A stretch of 50,877 nucleotides of DNA. It comes from an uncultured Clostridia bacterium (GTDB lineage Bacteria; Bacillota; Clostridia; TANB77; CAG-508). The DNA is taken from assembly GCA_934162625.1 (NCBI GenBank), contig CAKPJM010000002.1:1-50877 (forward strand), in the 5' to 3' direction. Made by a program: the position numbers and the translations under genes. The notes under the pieces are model-generated. The model was not told the DNA's origin and did not search any database. It saw only the letters and a program-made list of their open reading frames with translations. Below, piece by piece: positions 21,001 to 32,575 of this stretch. Each line of letters opens with the position of its first letter. Position 1 is the first letter of the stretch.

Positions 21001-24000
21001 ATATAATTGCAATATTGTTTGGATGCATTTTTACTTGTTCCTCAAATATAGAAACAACTGTATCATCATTAATAGGTCCATAAGTATTATTAAATTGTTT
21101 TAATAATACTTTTTCCTTTGGAGTTATAATTTCAATATCGTCAATACTTATAGCTGTATTAGAAATTAATTGATTTAATATAAATATATAGTGTTCTAAG
21201 AAACTATTAATTGTTTCTTTTTTAAACAGACTAGAGTTATATTCTAAATTAAATCTAGCTAAATCTGGAATGATTTCTAACCAAATATTAAATTTAGCAG
21301 TTTTGGTATTTGAATACAATAATTCTAAATTAGCATTTTCTAAATTATATTTTGATTTTTTTGTGTTTTGATAAGTTAATACTACATCAAGTAAAGAAGA
21401 GTTTTTATCTAAATTTAATTTTTTAAGTATAAGTTCATAAGGATATGGCTGATTTGATATTGCATTTGTTACTATGTTCTGCGTGCTGTTTAATAAACTG
21501 TCAACTGAATTTTCAGGTAGAATATCATTTTTTAATACAATATTGTTTACAAACATACCAATAATATTATTAAATTCTTCATAATTTCTTCCTTCTAATG
21601 GACTACCAACAATTATATTAGTTTGGCCGGTATATTTATATAATAAAATATATAAAGCAGAAAGGAATACTGTATATGCAGAAACGTCGTGGCTCTTTGC
21701 AAGTTCTTCTATTTTTGCAAAAGTTTCTTTAGGCATGTCATAAGATATTTTATCACCTTCATAAGATTTTGAATTTGCAGGGAAATCATAAGGTAAGTTT
21801 AGTGAAGAAATTTGAGAATTAGCGAATGTACTTGTCCAGTATTCATCATATTTTTTTATTTCGTCACTTTCAACAAAAGATTTTTCCCATTCTGAATAGT
21901 CTATATATTCGAATTTTAATTTATCAATATTATTGTTACTATATAAGGTACAAAAATCTTGTATTAATATATTCAAAGAAGCACCATCCATAATTATATG
22001 ATGAGTATCTAGTAAAAGTAGAGTCTTTTTATTATCAAGAACGTATACAGAGGCTCTAAGTAAAGGCGCAACTGCTAAATCAAAAGGCTTAGGAAATTTA
22101 TCAAGAATAGACTGTAAATCTTTTTCTTGACCATTATAGCAATCAATTTTGATTTGAGTGTGATTAATAATTCTCTGATACAACTCACCATCAACAATTT
22201 CAAATTGAGTTCTAAGAGAGCTTTGATTATCAAGTATTTTATTAATACAGTTTCTAATTTTATTAACATCTAAAACAGAATCTATTAATAATCCACCTGA
22301 GACATTATATACAACATTGTTTCCACCAGAGATAGCTTGTGTTGAGTAAAAGATTCTTTTTTGTGCAAAAGAAGCTTGATAGATATCTTTGATTTCTGCT
22401 TTCTTTAAAGGGCAGGTCTTGTTATATAATTCCTTAGATGAGATAATATCAGACAAATCTTTAATGATAGGATTTTCTAACACATCTTTAACAAAAATTT
22501 GTACACTAAGTTCACTATAAATTTTTGCACATAAATTTATAGCTGTTAAAGAATCTCCTCCTAATTCAAAGAAAGAATCAGTTATGCTAATATTTTTAAT
22601 TGTTAATATATTTTCCAATATTTTTATTAATATTTTATCTGTATTATTTCTAGGTGAAATTATACTTTTACATCTAGTTTCTATAATTGGTTCTGGCAAA
22701 CTTTTTCTGTCAATTTTCCCATTAGGAGTATAAGGGATTTTTTCCAATTTAATAAAATATTGAGGTATCATATATTTTGGCAATTTTTTTTGTAAAGTAT
22801 TTCTAAGACTTGTCAAATCAATTTCTGCAGTAGATGTAAAATACGAACATAAAAACTCATGTCCATCTTCAGAAATCTTTTTCACTACAATACAATTAGT
22901 TATATTCTCAAAGTTAATTATTTCGTTTTCTATTTCGCCTAATTCTATTCTAAGGCCCCTTATTTTTACTTGATTGTCGCATCTTCCAAGACATACAATT
23001 TCACCATTAGGTTGAAAATATCCTAAATCACCAGTCTTATAAAGTTTTATATTACTACTAGAGAATTTATTTAGTAGGTAACTTTTTTTTGTCAAGTTTT
23101 CATTGTTTAGATATCCAAGTCCAACTCCATCACCAGATATATATATTTCACCAGGAGTGTTTATAGGGCAAACATTTAAATTTGTATCTAGAATGTAAAC
23201 TTGTGTATTGTATAAAGGATGTCCTATAGTAATGCGATTATAGTTTGTAACATCTGTTAAAGTTGAAAAAACAGTAGTTTCGCTAGGGCCATATCCATTG
23301 TATATAATTGGAGAACATAAATCTTTTAGTTCATTTACTAAAGAAATAGGCAGTTGTTCTCCAGCAAGAGTTATAAATTTCAAATTTGAAAGAGATGGAA
23401 TATCATCAATATTATTAACTAGCAACTGCATTCTAGAAGGTGTAGTTTGAATTATTTCTATATTGTTCTTTTCGATTAAGTTATTCAATAATCTAGGAAT
23501 TGTTTGCTCCTGTTCATTTGCAATTACTAATCTTAATCCTTTTTGAAGTGATACTAATGTTTCAAAAATAAATATATCAAAACTTACTGTTGTAACAGAT
23601 ACAATTGTTCTATAAATATTTTCTTTTAAATATTGTACATAATTATTACAGTAATTAGTAAGGTTAGACAATGATTTGTGAATTAACATTACCCCTTTAG
23701 GTTTTCCTGTAGAGCCAGAAGTATATATAATATATGCTAAATCATCTGGTTTATTTATATTTATTAAATTATCTTTATTAGAATTATATAATTCATTATC
23801 AAGCTCAACAAATAATTTGTTATCAAAAGTTACTTTGTTTTCCAATCTTTTAAAAGTTAATAGTAATTTTGCATTACTGTTACTTAACATATATTCAATT
23901 CTGTCTTGAGGATATTCTGGGTCTATTGGGATATAGCAAGCACCAGATTTCAAAACAGCAAGAATAGATACAATCATTTCTAGAGAACGATTTACCATAA

Positions 24001-25537
24001 TACCTACAATATTATTTCTTTCAATTCCGTTTTCTCTTAAATAGCAAGCTAAACTATTAGCTTTTTCGTTTAATTCTCTATATGTTAATTTTTGATCCTC
24101 AAAAACAACGGCAATATTATCTGGAGTTTTTTCTACTTGTTCTTCAAATAATTGAGTAATTGTTTTATTACGTGGATAATCTGCATAAGTATTATTAAAA
24201 TCATATAATATTTTTTTCTTCTCATCAGGAGTTACAATCTCAATGTCTTTTAATTTAACAGTTTCATTTTCTAAAATTTGATTTATAATATGTAAAATTC
24301 TAGTATGAATAGAACAAATATCATCAATAGAATATTTGCTTATTAAGTAATCATATGCAATATTTATATTTCCTGTATCATTCATATCATAAAGGTGAAT
24401 ATCAATATCATCAGAGATATAGTCATTTCCAATCCAAGTTGAATCATAATTAATGCCAGCAGACTGTTTATTACTTCTAACATTTTGATATGAAAGTAGA
24501 ATATTATATAAATTTGGAATTGTATTATCTTTTTTTCTTAAATTTTCTAATATATATTGATACGGATACTTTTGGTGTCTAAATATTTTTAAAAAGTCGG
24601 TAGAAATATTTGATAAAAATTCCGAAAATGAATTTTCATGATTAATAGAAATTCTAAAAGGAACTGTACTAATATACATACCAGTTGTTTGTTTCTCCTT
24701 AAAATTTCCTCTGTTTAGTATAGGAGTCCCAATAGTAAAATCACCTAATGAAGACACTCTTGAAATATAAAGAGAAAAAACAGCCATGAAGAAATTAAAA
24801 GCAGAAGCTTTATTTTTTTTACAAAAATCGTTAATTAAATTCATAGTTTCTTTTGGTATAACAAACTGTTTTCTTTTAGCTTTGCACTCTAAAGAAGAGT
24901 TTTCTTTTTCGACACTAATAGAAGGAATTGTAGCAACTTCTGGAATTGTTTCAAAAATGCTATTCCAAAACTCTTCATCCTTTTTGAATTTTTCACTATT
25001 TAAATATTCTTGTTCAGAAAAAATATAATCTATGTAAGAAGGATTTGTTCCTTCAATATCTTGAGAATTAACTAGTTTTTCATAGTAACCCATAATTTCA
25101 TTAACAACAAGACCAGCTGTCCAAGCATCAGAAATTAAATGGTGAGCTGTTATAATAAAACCACCATGGTTATCTTCAAATTTAAATAATTTAAAATTGT
25201 ATAAAAAATTATCTAAAACATTAAATTGTGTATTAGACATTTGCTTCTCTAAATGCTTTATATCATTAGCAGAAGAAACTGAAACTATATCTACATCAAA
25301 GTTAGTAAAGTCATCAACGTACTGTTGAACAGTATTATTTTGCATAGTGAATTTTAGTCTAAAACTATCATTATTTTCAACAAATAAATTTATAGCACTC
25401 TTCAATGCATTAAAATTCACTTTTTGTAAAATTGTTACGCTACCGGTAATGTTCTCGATAGGAGTCTCCTTATAAAACTCACCTGTTAGCCATATAGACT
25501 TTTGTGGGTTTGTTAAGTTATACAATTTCTTTTCCAT
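18096..25537 (-). CDS. Bimodular nonribosomal peptide synthetase C-A-T-C-A-T-R (terminal thioester reductase); the R domain is split by a 1-nt deletion near 18570
   Basis: C domains: HHLISDAWT and HHIIMDGAS. A domains: LAYIIYTSGSTGKPKGVM / LSYLIYTSGSTGKPKGAM, YKTGDLG / YKSGDIG and GRxDxQVKIRGxRIELGEIE. T domains: FFELGGDSLTAI and FFDIGGDSVAAI. R domain: LLIGSTGYLGAHVL ... YSTTKFRAE. The main ORF stops at 18536, while the conserved R-domain tail (…YAFAKRIKSFIEIGAFPNYLL…TPVDLAAEAI…) continues in another frame to 18096. Confidence 0.85.
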
Positions 25538-25815
25538 AATATCACCTTTAATATTTTCTACATCATATATATCGCGAAAATACTTATAAATCAAGTATTC
25601 TACTAAATTGTAACATAAAATACAAACTAATGTAAACTGTTTGACACAAAGATATAAAAACAAACAATTTCCGACAAATTCGTTTTTGGGCGTATGCAAT
25701 ACGCCCCTACAAATCCCACCTCTCACTGCACACCTCACACATCCATTTCACAAATTCCAATTTCTTTGATTAAAATACCAGATTTAGGAAATGATATTAT
25801 AAAAGGAGATTTTGT

Positions 25816-26946
25816 ATGTACGAATATAAAAAAAGACAAAGCAAATTTAAAAGAATATTTCTAAATTTTATTTTAATTATAATTGTTGCTGCTGCAAGTA
25901 TATTTATTTATGATATGTATACAAATATTGATGTGTATTCAGCAGAAGAAGAGGAAAATAAAGCAATAAAATTATCTTCAAATAAAAGTGACGTACAATT
26001 AGATGAAGAGGATGCAACAAAAGTTTTGGAAAAAACAATTAAATCTGTTGTTGGAATTTCAAAAATAAAAAATACAGGTAGTTCTATATTTTTAAATAAC
26101 AGCACCTCGGAACTAGGACTCGGAACTGGAATGATTGTGTCTGAAAATGGTTATATATTAACAAATTGGCATGTTGCAGGAAATAAATATAGTAATTGTT
26201 ATGTAACACTAGATAACGGCAGTGTGTATAATGGAAATGTAATGTGGGCAGATAGCGATTTGGATTTAGCAATTATAAAAATATCAGCATCTAATTTGAA
26301 TTATATAAGTTTAGGGGATTCAGACAATATAAAAATAGGTGAAAAGACTTATGCTATAGGTAATCCTATAGGAGTTGAATTTCAGAGAACAGTTACATCT
26401 GGGATAATAAGTGGTGTAAATAGAACAGTAAAAATAGAGGAAAACAATGAAGCTTCATATATGGAAGACTTAATACAAACAGATGCAACCATTAATCCAG
26501 GAAATAGCGGAGGACCATTAATAAATACTAAAGGAGAAGTTATAGGAGTAAACTCAATAAAAATAAAAGAAGCAGAAGGAATAGGATTTGCAATACCTAT
26601 AAATATTATAAAACCTATTTTAGAAAGCTTTTCTGTAAATGGAAATTTTGAAGAGGCGTATTTAGGATTATTTGCATATGATAAAGAGGTTATTCCATAT
26701 TTGGATAATAGCATTAATTTTGATTCTGGAATTTATATAGCTCAAATTTCTGTAGATGGGCCAAGTAAAACATCAGGCTTGAAAGTTGGAGACATTATAA
26801 CTAAAATAGACAATATATCTATAAATAAGATGAGTGAACTTAGAAATTATATTTATACTAAAAAAATAGGAGATGAAGTTAGCTTAACAATTTTAAGAAA
26901 CAAAAAAGAAAGAACTGTAAAAATAAAACTTGGAAAAAAATCGTAG
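25816..26946 (+). CDS. HtrA/DegP-family trypsin-like serine protease with a C-terminal PDZ domain, membrane anchored
   Basis: TNWHV (His), DLAIIK (Asp), GNSGGPLIN (Ser), PDZ-like GLKVGDIITKIDN. AAAAGGAGA RBS. Confidence 0.85.
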   Translation: MYEYKKRQSKFKRIFLNFILIIIVAAASIFIYDMYTNIDVYSAEEEENKAIKLSSNKSDVQLDEEDATKVLEKTIKSVVGISKIKNTGSSIFLNNSTSELGLGTGMIVSENGYILTNWHVAGNKYSNCYVTLDNGSVYNGNVMWADSDLDLAIIKISASNLNYISLGDSDNIKIGEKTYAIGNPIGVEFQRTVTSGIISGVNRTVKIEENNEASYMEDLIQTDATINPGNSGGPLINTKGEVIGVNSIKIKEAEGIGFAIPINIIKPILESFSVNGNFEEAYLGLFAYDKEVIPYLDNSINFDSGIYIAQISVDGPSKTSGLKVGDIITKIDNISINKMSELRNYIYTKKIGDEVSLTILRNKKERTVKIKLGKKS

Positions 26947-27064
26947 TATAAGTTGATGTTAAGCCCGATATATAAAAACTTGCTAAAAAAATTTTAAAAT
27001 GATAAGATTATAAGTGATATAAAAGGTATATAGTAAAATATTTATTATATACATGGAGGAAAAT

Positions 27065-28297
27065 ATGAAGATACTTATAATAAATCATTCGCCATTAATA
27101 GGATCTGGTAGTGGCATATACACAATGAATATAGCAAAAACATTAAGAGAAGAAGGGCACACTATAAAAGTAATTACTGCAGCAAATAGCTTAGAATTTC
27201 CAGACATGGGAGATATAGAAATACACCCAATCTTTTTTAAATACAAAGATAATGTAGAAGGGCAACTAGAATTTAATGTGCCATGCTTTGACCAATATCC
27301 TACAAGTGATGTAGTTTTTTACAACTTAAGTGAAGAACAACTAGAGGAATATAAAGAAAAGTTTAGAGAGGTATTAGAAGAGGAAATAGCAGATTTTAAA
27401 CCAGATATTATACATACACAACATATATGGATATGGTCTAGTATAGCTACTGAATATAATTTGCCCACAGTTATAACATCACATGGCTCTGATATGATGG
27501 GATATAATATAGATAATAGCTTTGGAAAATACTGTATAAAGGCAATAAATGAATGTGATAAAATAATTACTATATCTAAAAAGAATAATCAAGTTGTAGT
27601 GGAAAATTTTCCAGAAGCTAGTAGTAAAAGTGCAACATTAAAAAATGGATATGATACTAAGATTTTTTATTTAAAAGGTTTAGAAAAGCAAAGTATATTA
27701 AGTGAATTTAATATAAACAAAAAATATGAAAAAATAGTTTTATATGCAGGAAGATTAACAGAAAACAAAGGCATAGATGTATTGCTTAATGCAGCAAAAA
27801 AATATGAAAATGGAAAAATTTTAACTATAATTGCTGGTGGAGGAGGCCTTTTAAAAGAACTAAAATCTCAAGTTGCTAATTTGAACTTACAAGATGTTGT
27901 CTTTGTAGGGGATCAAACTCAAGAAAATTTGAGTAAATTATATAATATTGCTGATGTTTTAGCTGTACCTTCAAGAATTGAAGGATTTGGATTAGTTGCA
28001 ATAGAAGCACTAGCTTGTGGTACTCCAGTAGTAGCTACAAATAAAGGTGGAATGACAGACTTTATAAATGATGAAGTTGGAGCTTTGGTAGATGTAGAAG
28101 ACGATGTTATGCTAGAAAGAGAAATATCAAAAATATTAAATGGAGAGAAAATATTTGATAGAATAAAACTAGCAAATTATGCGAAAAATAATTATTCAGA
28201 AAAAGTTGTTATTAATGACCTAATAGATATTTACAAGGAGACAATAAACAAAAAGCAAAATTTACTTGACAATAATAGGAAAAATAATGTAAAATAA
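27065..28297 (+). CDS. GT4-family glycosyltransferase (BshA-like retaining GT-B)
   Basis: EGFGLVAIEALACGTPVVAT motif. ATGGAGGA RBS. Confidence 0.75.
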   Translation: MKILIINHSPLIGSGSGIYTMNIAKTLREEGHTIKVITAANSLEFPDMGDIEIHPIFFKYKDNVEGQLEFNVPCFDQYPTSDVVFYNLSEEQLEEYKEKFREVLEEEIADFKPDIIHTQHIWIWSSIATEYNLPTVITSHGSDMMGYNIDNSFGKYCIKAINECDKIITISKKNNQVVVENFPEASSKSATLKNGYDTKIFYLKGLEKQSILSEFNINKKYEKIVLYAGRLTENKGIDVLLNAAKKYENGKILTIIAGGGGLLKELKSQVANLNLQDVVFVGDQTQENLSKLYNIADVLAVPSRIEGFGLVAIEALACGTPVVATNKGGMTDFINDEVGALVDVEDDVMLEREISKILNGEKIFDRIKLANYAKNNYSEKVVINDLIDIYKETINKKQNLLDNNRKNNVK

Positions 28298-28314
28298 ATA
28301 AAAATAATAATGCG

Positions 28315-28516
28315 ATAGTACAATGCAAAGCTGTACAGAGTTACTATTAGAGATTAAGGGTCACTGGCTGAAAGCCCTTTTTAGAAGACAGTACAAAGTG
28401 AAACACATTGGAGCATATTTTAATAGAGTGAAGAGTTACATTTGTTAATTCTTAAGTTAGGGTGGTACCGCGGAGTTATATTCGTCCCTGCAATTTTAGA
28501 TTGCAGGGGCTTTTTG
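28315..28516 (+). promoter_or_regulatory. T-box riboswitch leader controlling asnS
   Basis: Canonical T-box sequence AAGTTAGGGTGGTACCGCGG at ~28453..28474. Stem I carries an AGAGA-type box. The intrinsic terminator GTCCCTGCAA-TTTTAGA-TTGCAGGGGCTTTTT sits immediately upstream of the aminoacyl-tRNA synthetase. Confidence 0.8.
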
Positions 28517-28554
28517 CATCTTGCAATTAAAATAATTGAAATGGAGGAGTTTAT

Positions 28555-29949
28555 ATGGAGAGAATTCAAATCAAAGAAATCTTTAGAAACCAAAAGAACT
28601 ATATTGGAAAGGAAGTTAGTGTTTGTGGATGGATTAGGCAGATAAGAGATTCAAAGAAACTTGGATTTATAGAATTAAACGATGGTAGCTTTTTTAAATG
28701 CATTCAAGTTATTTTTGAAGAAGATAAAATAAGCAATTTTAAAGACGTTGCAAAACTAAGTATAAGTTCAAGCATTTTAGTAAAAGGAGATTTGGTAGAG
28801 ACACCAGAAGGAAAACAACCTTTCGAAATTCATGCAAAAGAAATAGAAATTTTAGGAGCATCAGATTTAGATTATCCAATTCAAAATAAAAGACACACAT
28901 TTGAGTATTTAAGAACAGTTGCACATTTAAGACCTAGAACAAATACTTTTATGGCAGTATTTAGAGTGAGATCTTTAGTTGCATATGCAATTCATAAATT
29001 TTTCCAAGAACAAGGATTTGTATATGTTCATACTCCATTAATAACAGGAAGTGACTGCGAAGGTGCAGGAGAAATGTTTAAAGTAACAACTATGGATTTA
29101 GATAATATCCCCAAAAATGAACAAGGAGAAGTTGACTATACACAAGATTTCTTTGGAAAATCAGTAAATCTAACTGTTAGTGGACAATTAAATGGAGAAA
29201 TGTTTGCAACAGCATTTGGAAATATTTATACATTTGGACCAACATTTAGAGCAGAAAATTCTAACACTCCAAGACATGCAGCAGAGTTCTGGATGATTGA
29301 ACCAGAAATGGCTTTTGCAGATTTAAGTGATAACATGGATGTGGCAGAAGCAATGGTTAAATACATTATAAAATATGTAATGGAAAATGCTCCAGAAGAA
29401 ATGGAATTCTTTAATAAATTTATAGAACCAGGATTAATAGATAGACTAGAAAATGTTGTTAATAATGAATTTGAAAGAATAACATATACAAAAGCAATAG
29501 AACTATTAACTCCATATAAAGACCAATTTAAATATCCAGTAGAATGGGAAGCAGGACTTCAAACTGAGCACGAAAGATTTATAACAGAGAAAATTTATAA
29601 AAAACCAGTATTTGTTACAGACTATCCAGCAGGAGTAAAAGCATTTTATATGAAACAAAATGCAGATGGAAAAACAGTTGCAGCAGTAGACTTGTTAGTA
29701 CCAGGAGTTGGGGAAATTATTGGAGGTAGTCAAAGAGAAGAAAACTATGAGGTATTAATAAATAAAATTAAAGAACAAGGAATGAATGAAGAAACATATA
29801 AAGCATATCTAGATACAAGAAAATATGGAACAGTTGTACATTCAGGATTTGGTCTAGGATTTGAAAGAATGGTAATGTATTTAACAGGAATGTCTAATAT
29901 AAGAGATGTAATTCCTTTCCCAAGAACTACAGGAAATGCAGAATTTTAA
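28555..29949 (+). CDS. asnS: Asparaginyl-tRNA synthetase (class IIb)
   Basis: N-terminal OB-fold anticodon-binding domain; class II motifs [14 protein letters not shown] and [10 protein letters not shown]. 464 aa. GGAGGAGTTTATATG. Confidence 0.9.
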   Translation: MERIQIKEIFRNQKNYIGKEVSVCGWIRQIRDSKKLGFIELNDGSFFKCIQVIFEEDKISNFKDVAKLSISSSILVKGDLVETPEGKQPFEIHAKEIEILGASDLDYPIQNKRHTFEYLRTVAHLRPRTNTFMAVFRVRSLVAYAIHKFFQEQGFVYVHTPLITGSDCEGAGEMFKVTTMDLDNIPKNEQGEVDYTQDFFGKSVNLTVSGQLNGEMFATAFGNIYTFGPTFRAENSNTPRHAAEFWMIEPEMAFADLSDNMDVAEAMVKYIIKYVMENAPEEMEFFNKFIEPGLIDRLENVVNNEFERITYTKAIELLTPYKDQFKYPVEWEAGLQTEHERFITEKIYKKPVFVTDYPAGVKAFYMKQNADGKTVAAVDLLVPGVGEIIGGSQREENYEVLINKIKEQGMNEETYKAYLDTRKYGTVVHSGFGLGFERMVMYLTGMSNIRDVIPFPRTTGNAEF

Positions 29950-29960
29950 TTTAAAAATAA

Positions 29961-29999
29961 AAAACAGATTAAACAATATAAATGATTTAATCTGTTTTT
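29961..29999. terminator. Bidirectional terminator AAAAACAGATTAAA-...-TTTAATCTGTTTTTTTT
   Basis: 12-bp stem with a T-run, between asnS and the convergent DMT gene. Confidence 0.75.
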
Positions 30000-30035
30000 T
30001 TTATATATACTAGGAAATTTCTCATTTCCTGTAAA

Positions 30036-30899
30036 TTAAATTTTAATTAATATTACGCCAAGAATTGTTAATAAGCTAATAAACAATTTATAATATAATG
30101 TTTTTTTATCTTTATCTATAAAGTATTCATAGATTGTATTAAAAATAATAGTTAAAGTTAAAAGCGGTGCTACAACAGATACATCACCATATTCATAAGC
30201 TTTAACAGAAGAAATAAGCATAATGCACCATGAAAAACTAACTAATAAAAATTTTTTCTTATTATATAAATTAAATTCATTTTTTAAATCTTTTATAGAA
30301 AGTTTACTAAATACTTTAATTATAAATGCTGGTATTAGTACAGTGAAAACAGTATAAATACCAATATTGAAGTTTTTTGCGATATTTACATTAATAAACA
30401 TTGCGACAGCAAATAAAAAGTTTGAAATTACTGACATTATAAAATATTTATTAAATTCAAATTTACCAGATTTATTTAGAGACAATAGAAAATTTGATGC
30501 AATTATTAAAATTATACCAAAAACTCTTTTAATTAAAAAATCTTCTTTAAGGAATATAAATCCAAATATTACTAAAAATACAGTAGATAATTGTTTTAAC
30601 ATACTAAAAGTGGAAGGGTCAAGACCATATCTAGCCTCTATATTTAATCTATCTGTTACTGCATAAATAATTGTAACTATTCCTACGATAAGATAAACCG
30701 TTCCATCACTAGGAAGTTTAAAAGCAAAAAATGGAGATAATATTAATGCAAAAATTGCTGTAAAAAATTCTAATAAAATAGTTAATGCTGAGGCATTCTT
30801 CATTTTTCTATTTACACTTTTAAAACCTTGAGCAAAAAAAACAGCAAAAATTAAATATATAATAATCCATAAAATATAATTCAAAGTTGTTACCTCCAA
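30036..30899 (-). CDS. DMT-superfamily (EamA-like) membrane transporter
   Basis: 10-TM hydrophobic profile in two repeated halves. 287 aa. Confidence 0.6.
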   Translation of the reverse strand: MEVTTLNYILWIIIYLIFAVFFAQGFKSVNRKMKNASALTILLEFFTAIFALILSPFFAFKLPSDGTVYLIVGIVTIIYAVTDRLNIEARYGLDPSTFSMLKQLSTVFLVIFGFIFLKEDFLIKRVFGIILIIASNFLLSLNKSGKFEFNKYFIMSVISNFLFAVAMFINVNIAKNFNIGIYTVFTVLIPAFIIKVFSKLSIKDLKNEFNLYNKKKFLLVSFSWCIMLISSVKAYEYGDVSVVAPLLTLTIIFNTIYEYFIDKDKKTLYYKLFISLLTILGVILIKI

Positions 30900-31133
30900 T
30901 TATAGTGTTAACAATTTTTCAATTATAATTTATAACAGTAAAAATTAAATGTGTCAAGAAAAGGTATGATTTATATATATTGACTCAATTATTGCATACG
31001 AAAAAATGCAAAATTTGTTTCAATACTGTAGAGAAACGGAACTTGCAGTATATCACAGAAATTGCCATAAATGAATTGTTAGACTAATGTATAAGATATA
31101 ATTAATTATAAAAAATAAAAATTTTAGGAACAA

Positions 31134-32408
31134 TTATAAAATTGCTCCTAAAACTAATATTCCAATATTATCATTATAAATTTCATTAAATTGACTAATA
31201 GGAAGAGGATTCTCACCAAGACCTGCTTCTATTGTATATCCAGGTCTTCTATACTCTTGTAAGAACCAGTCTTTGTATCCAGCAAAGCTAGAGTTGTAAG
31301 GAACTTCACTTAGAGCATAGCCACTAACTTGTGCAAAAATTTCACCAATTTGCATAGCTTCTTGAGTAGCATAATTTTGAAATTGCCAGTAAATTTCTTT
31401 GCCTTGAGTATGATAAGCAAGTATTAATCTAAAGTTATGAAGTTTAGTAAAATTATATATAGCAATAGCTTCTGGGGCTACTAAAGGTTCAGAACCTACA
31501 TAATCTCGCGGAGCAGGGGAAGTAAAACCTTGTGCAAATTTAATTCTTTTGGCTTCTTCCCAACCAGCTGGGAATTGTAAGTTTAAGTCAATTCCACTAA
31601 TATTAGCTTTCCAACCACTAGGAAATGGAATAGAAGGGTAGTTATTTGCAATAGTTTTAGCACTATTATATATACTAGAATTAGGCTTTGTCTGACCAGT
31701 AACCAAATTTACGCCGTCTGGATTACACATAGGAACAATATATATAGAGGTATCATTAAAAATATTTCTAACGTTGTATCCAAATAAAGTTGAATTATTA
31801 ACTAATGCTAAACAAAAATTTTCTACAAACTTCATAAGCAAAGGAGAAGTAATCCATTCATTTGCATGTATAGAAGCACTATAAAAAACTTCTGTATCAC
31901 CGGTTCCAAGTCTTATGTATGGAATAGAATTATTAAGAACACTAGATCCAATCGAACCTATTTCTAAAAATGGATATATACTAGAAAGTGCATTAATATT
32001 GAGTTGCAATATATTTGCACTATAACCTATATTTGTAGGAACAATATTTCCAAAAGGAACTGTAATTTGCTGACCTATTTGCAAATTATTGGGTGAAATA
32101 CCAGGATTTGCAACAATAATTCTATTCACTGTTGTAGAAAAACTATTTGCGATACTATGTAATGTGTCACCCTGTTTTATGGTATATGAGGTTCTGCCAT
32201 TTATATATGGAAATAGTGCATCCCAAGTAGAAGAGCCAACAACTCCATCTGGAGTTAATCCAAAGTTTCTTTGAAATCTTCTAACAGCAACTTGTGTTAA
32301 AAGACCAAAATTACCATCTATATTTCCAGAATAAAAGCCTAATTTCATTAAAGTACTTTGCAACAATTCCACCATAGGACCAGTTGAACCTAAACTTAAT
32401 GTTTCCAT
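31134..32408 (-). CDS. Peptidoglycan-binding (PG_binding_1) plus LysM plus M14 zinc carboxypeptidase: gamma-D-glutamyl-diamino-acid endopeptidase-like cell-wall hydrolase
   Basis: Segments are N-terminal [21 protein letters not shown]...VRRFQ (PG binding), [16 protein letters not shown] (LysM), and M14 motifs SASIHANEW and HTQG. Confidence 0.75.
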   Translation of the reverse strand: METLSLGSTGPMVELLQSTLMKLGFYSGNIDGNFGLLTQVAVRRFQRNFGLTPDGVVGSSTWDALFPYINGRTSYTIKQGDTLHSIANSFSTTVNRIIVANPGISPNNLQIGQQITVPFGNIVPTNIGYSANILQLNINALSSIYPFLEIGSIGSSVLNNSIPYIRLGTGDTEVFYSASIHANEWITSPLLMKFVENFCLALVNNSTLFGYNVRNIFNDTSIYIVPMCNPDGVNLVTGQTKPNSSIYNSAKTIANNYPSIPFPSGWKANISGIDLNLQFPAGWEEAKRIKFAQGFTSPAPRDYVGSEPLVAPEAIAIYNFTKLHNFRLILAYHTQGKEIYWQFQNYATQEAMQIGEIFAQVSGYALSEVPYNSSFAGYKDWFLQEYRRPGYTIEAGLGENPLPISQFNEIYNDNIGILVLGAIL

Positions 32409-32467
32409 TTAATCACCTAAAATATAATATTATGAAATAATAAAATTTATGATATAATAAGTATGAT

Positions 32468-32575
32468 AAATTGTAATTTGTATGAACGATTCTAGGGACT
32501 GTCCCTCTTTTGTCTAATGACAAAAGGGGACTGTCCTGAATCGTAAATGTAATCTATTGCAAATTGTAGGTGAGA
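32468..32575. repeat. ~108-bp palindromic (MITE/REP-like) element with AAATTGTAATTTGT-type termini and an internal GGGACTGTCCC core
   Basis: Left arm TTGTATGAACGATTCTAGGGACTGTCCCTCTTTTGTC. Right arm GACAAAAGGGGACTGTCCTGAATCGTAAATGTAA. A related terminus reappears at 50798..50836. Confidence 0.5.

Noticed and set aside
25538-25738. N-terminal 67-aa extension of the NRPS ORF (MRCAVRGG...)
   Set aside because: The condensation domain starts at MEKKLYNLT (25537). The extension runs through the promoter/repeat region, so the upstream methionine is spurious.
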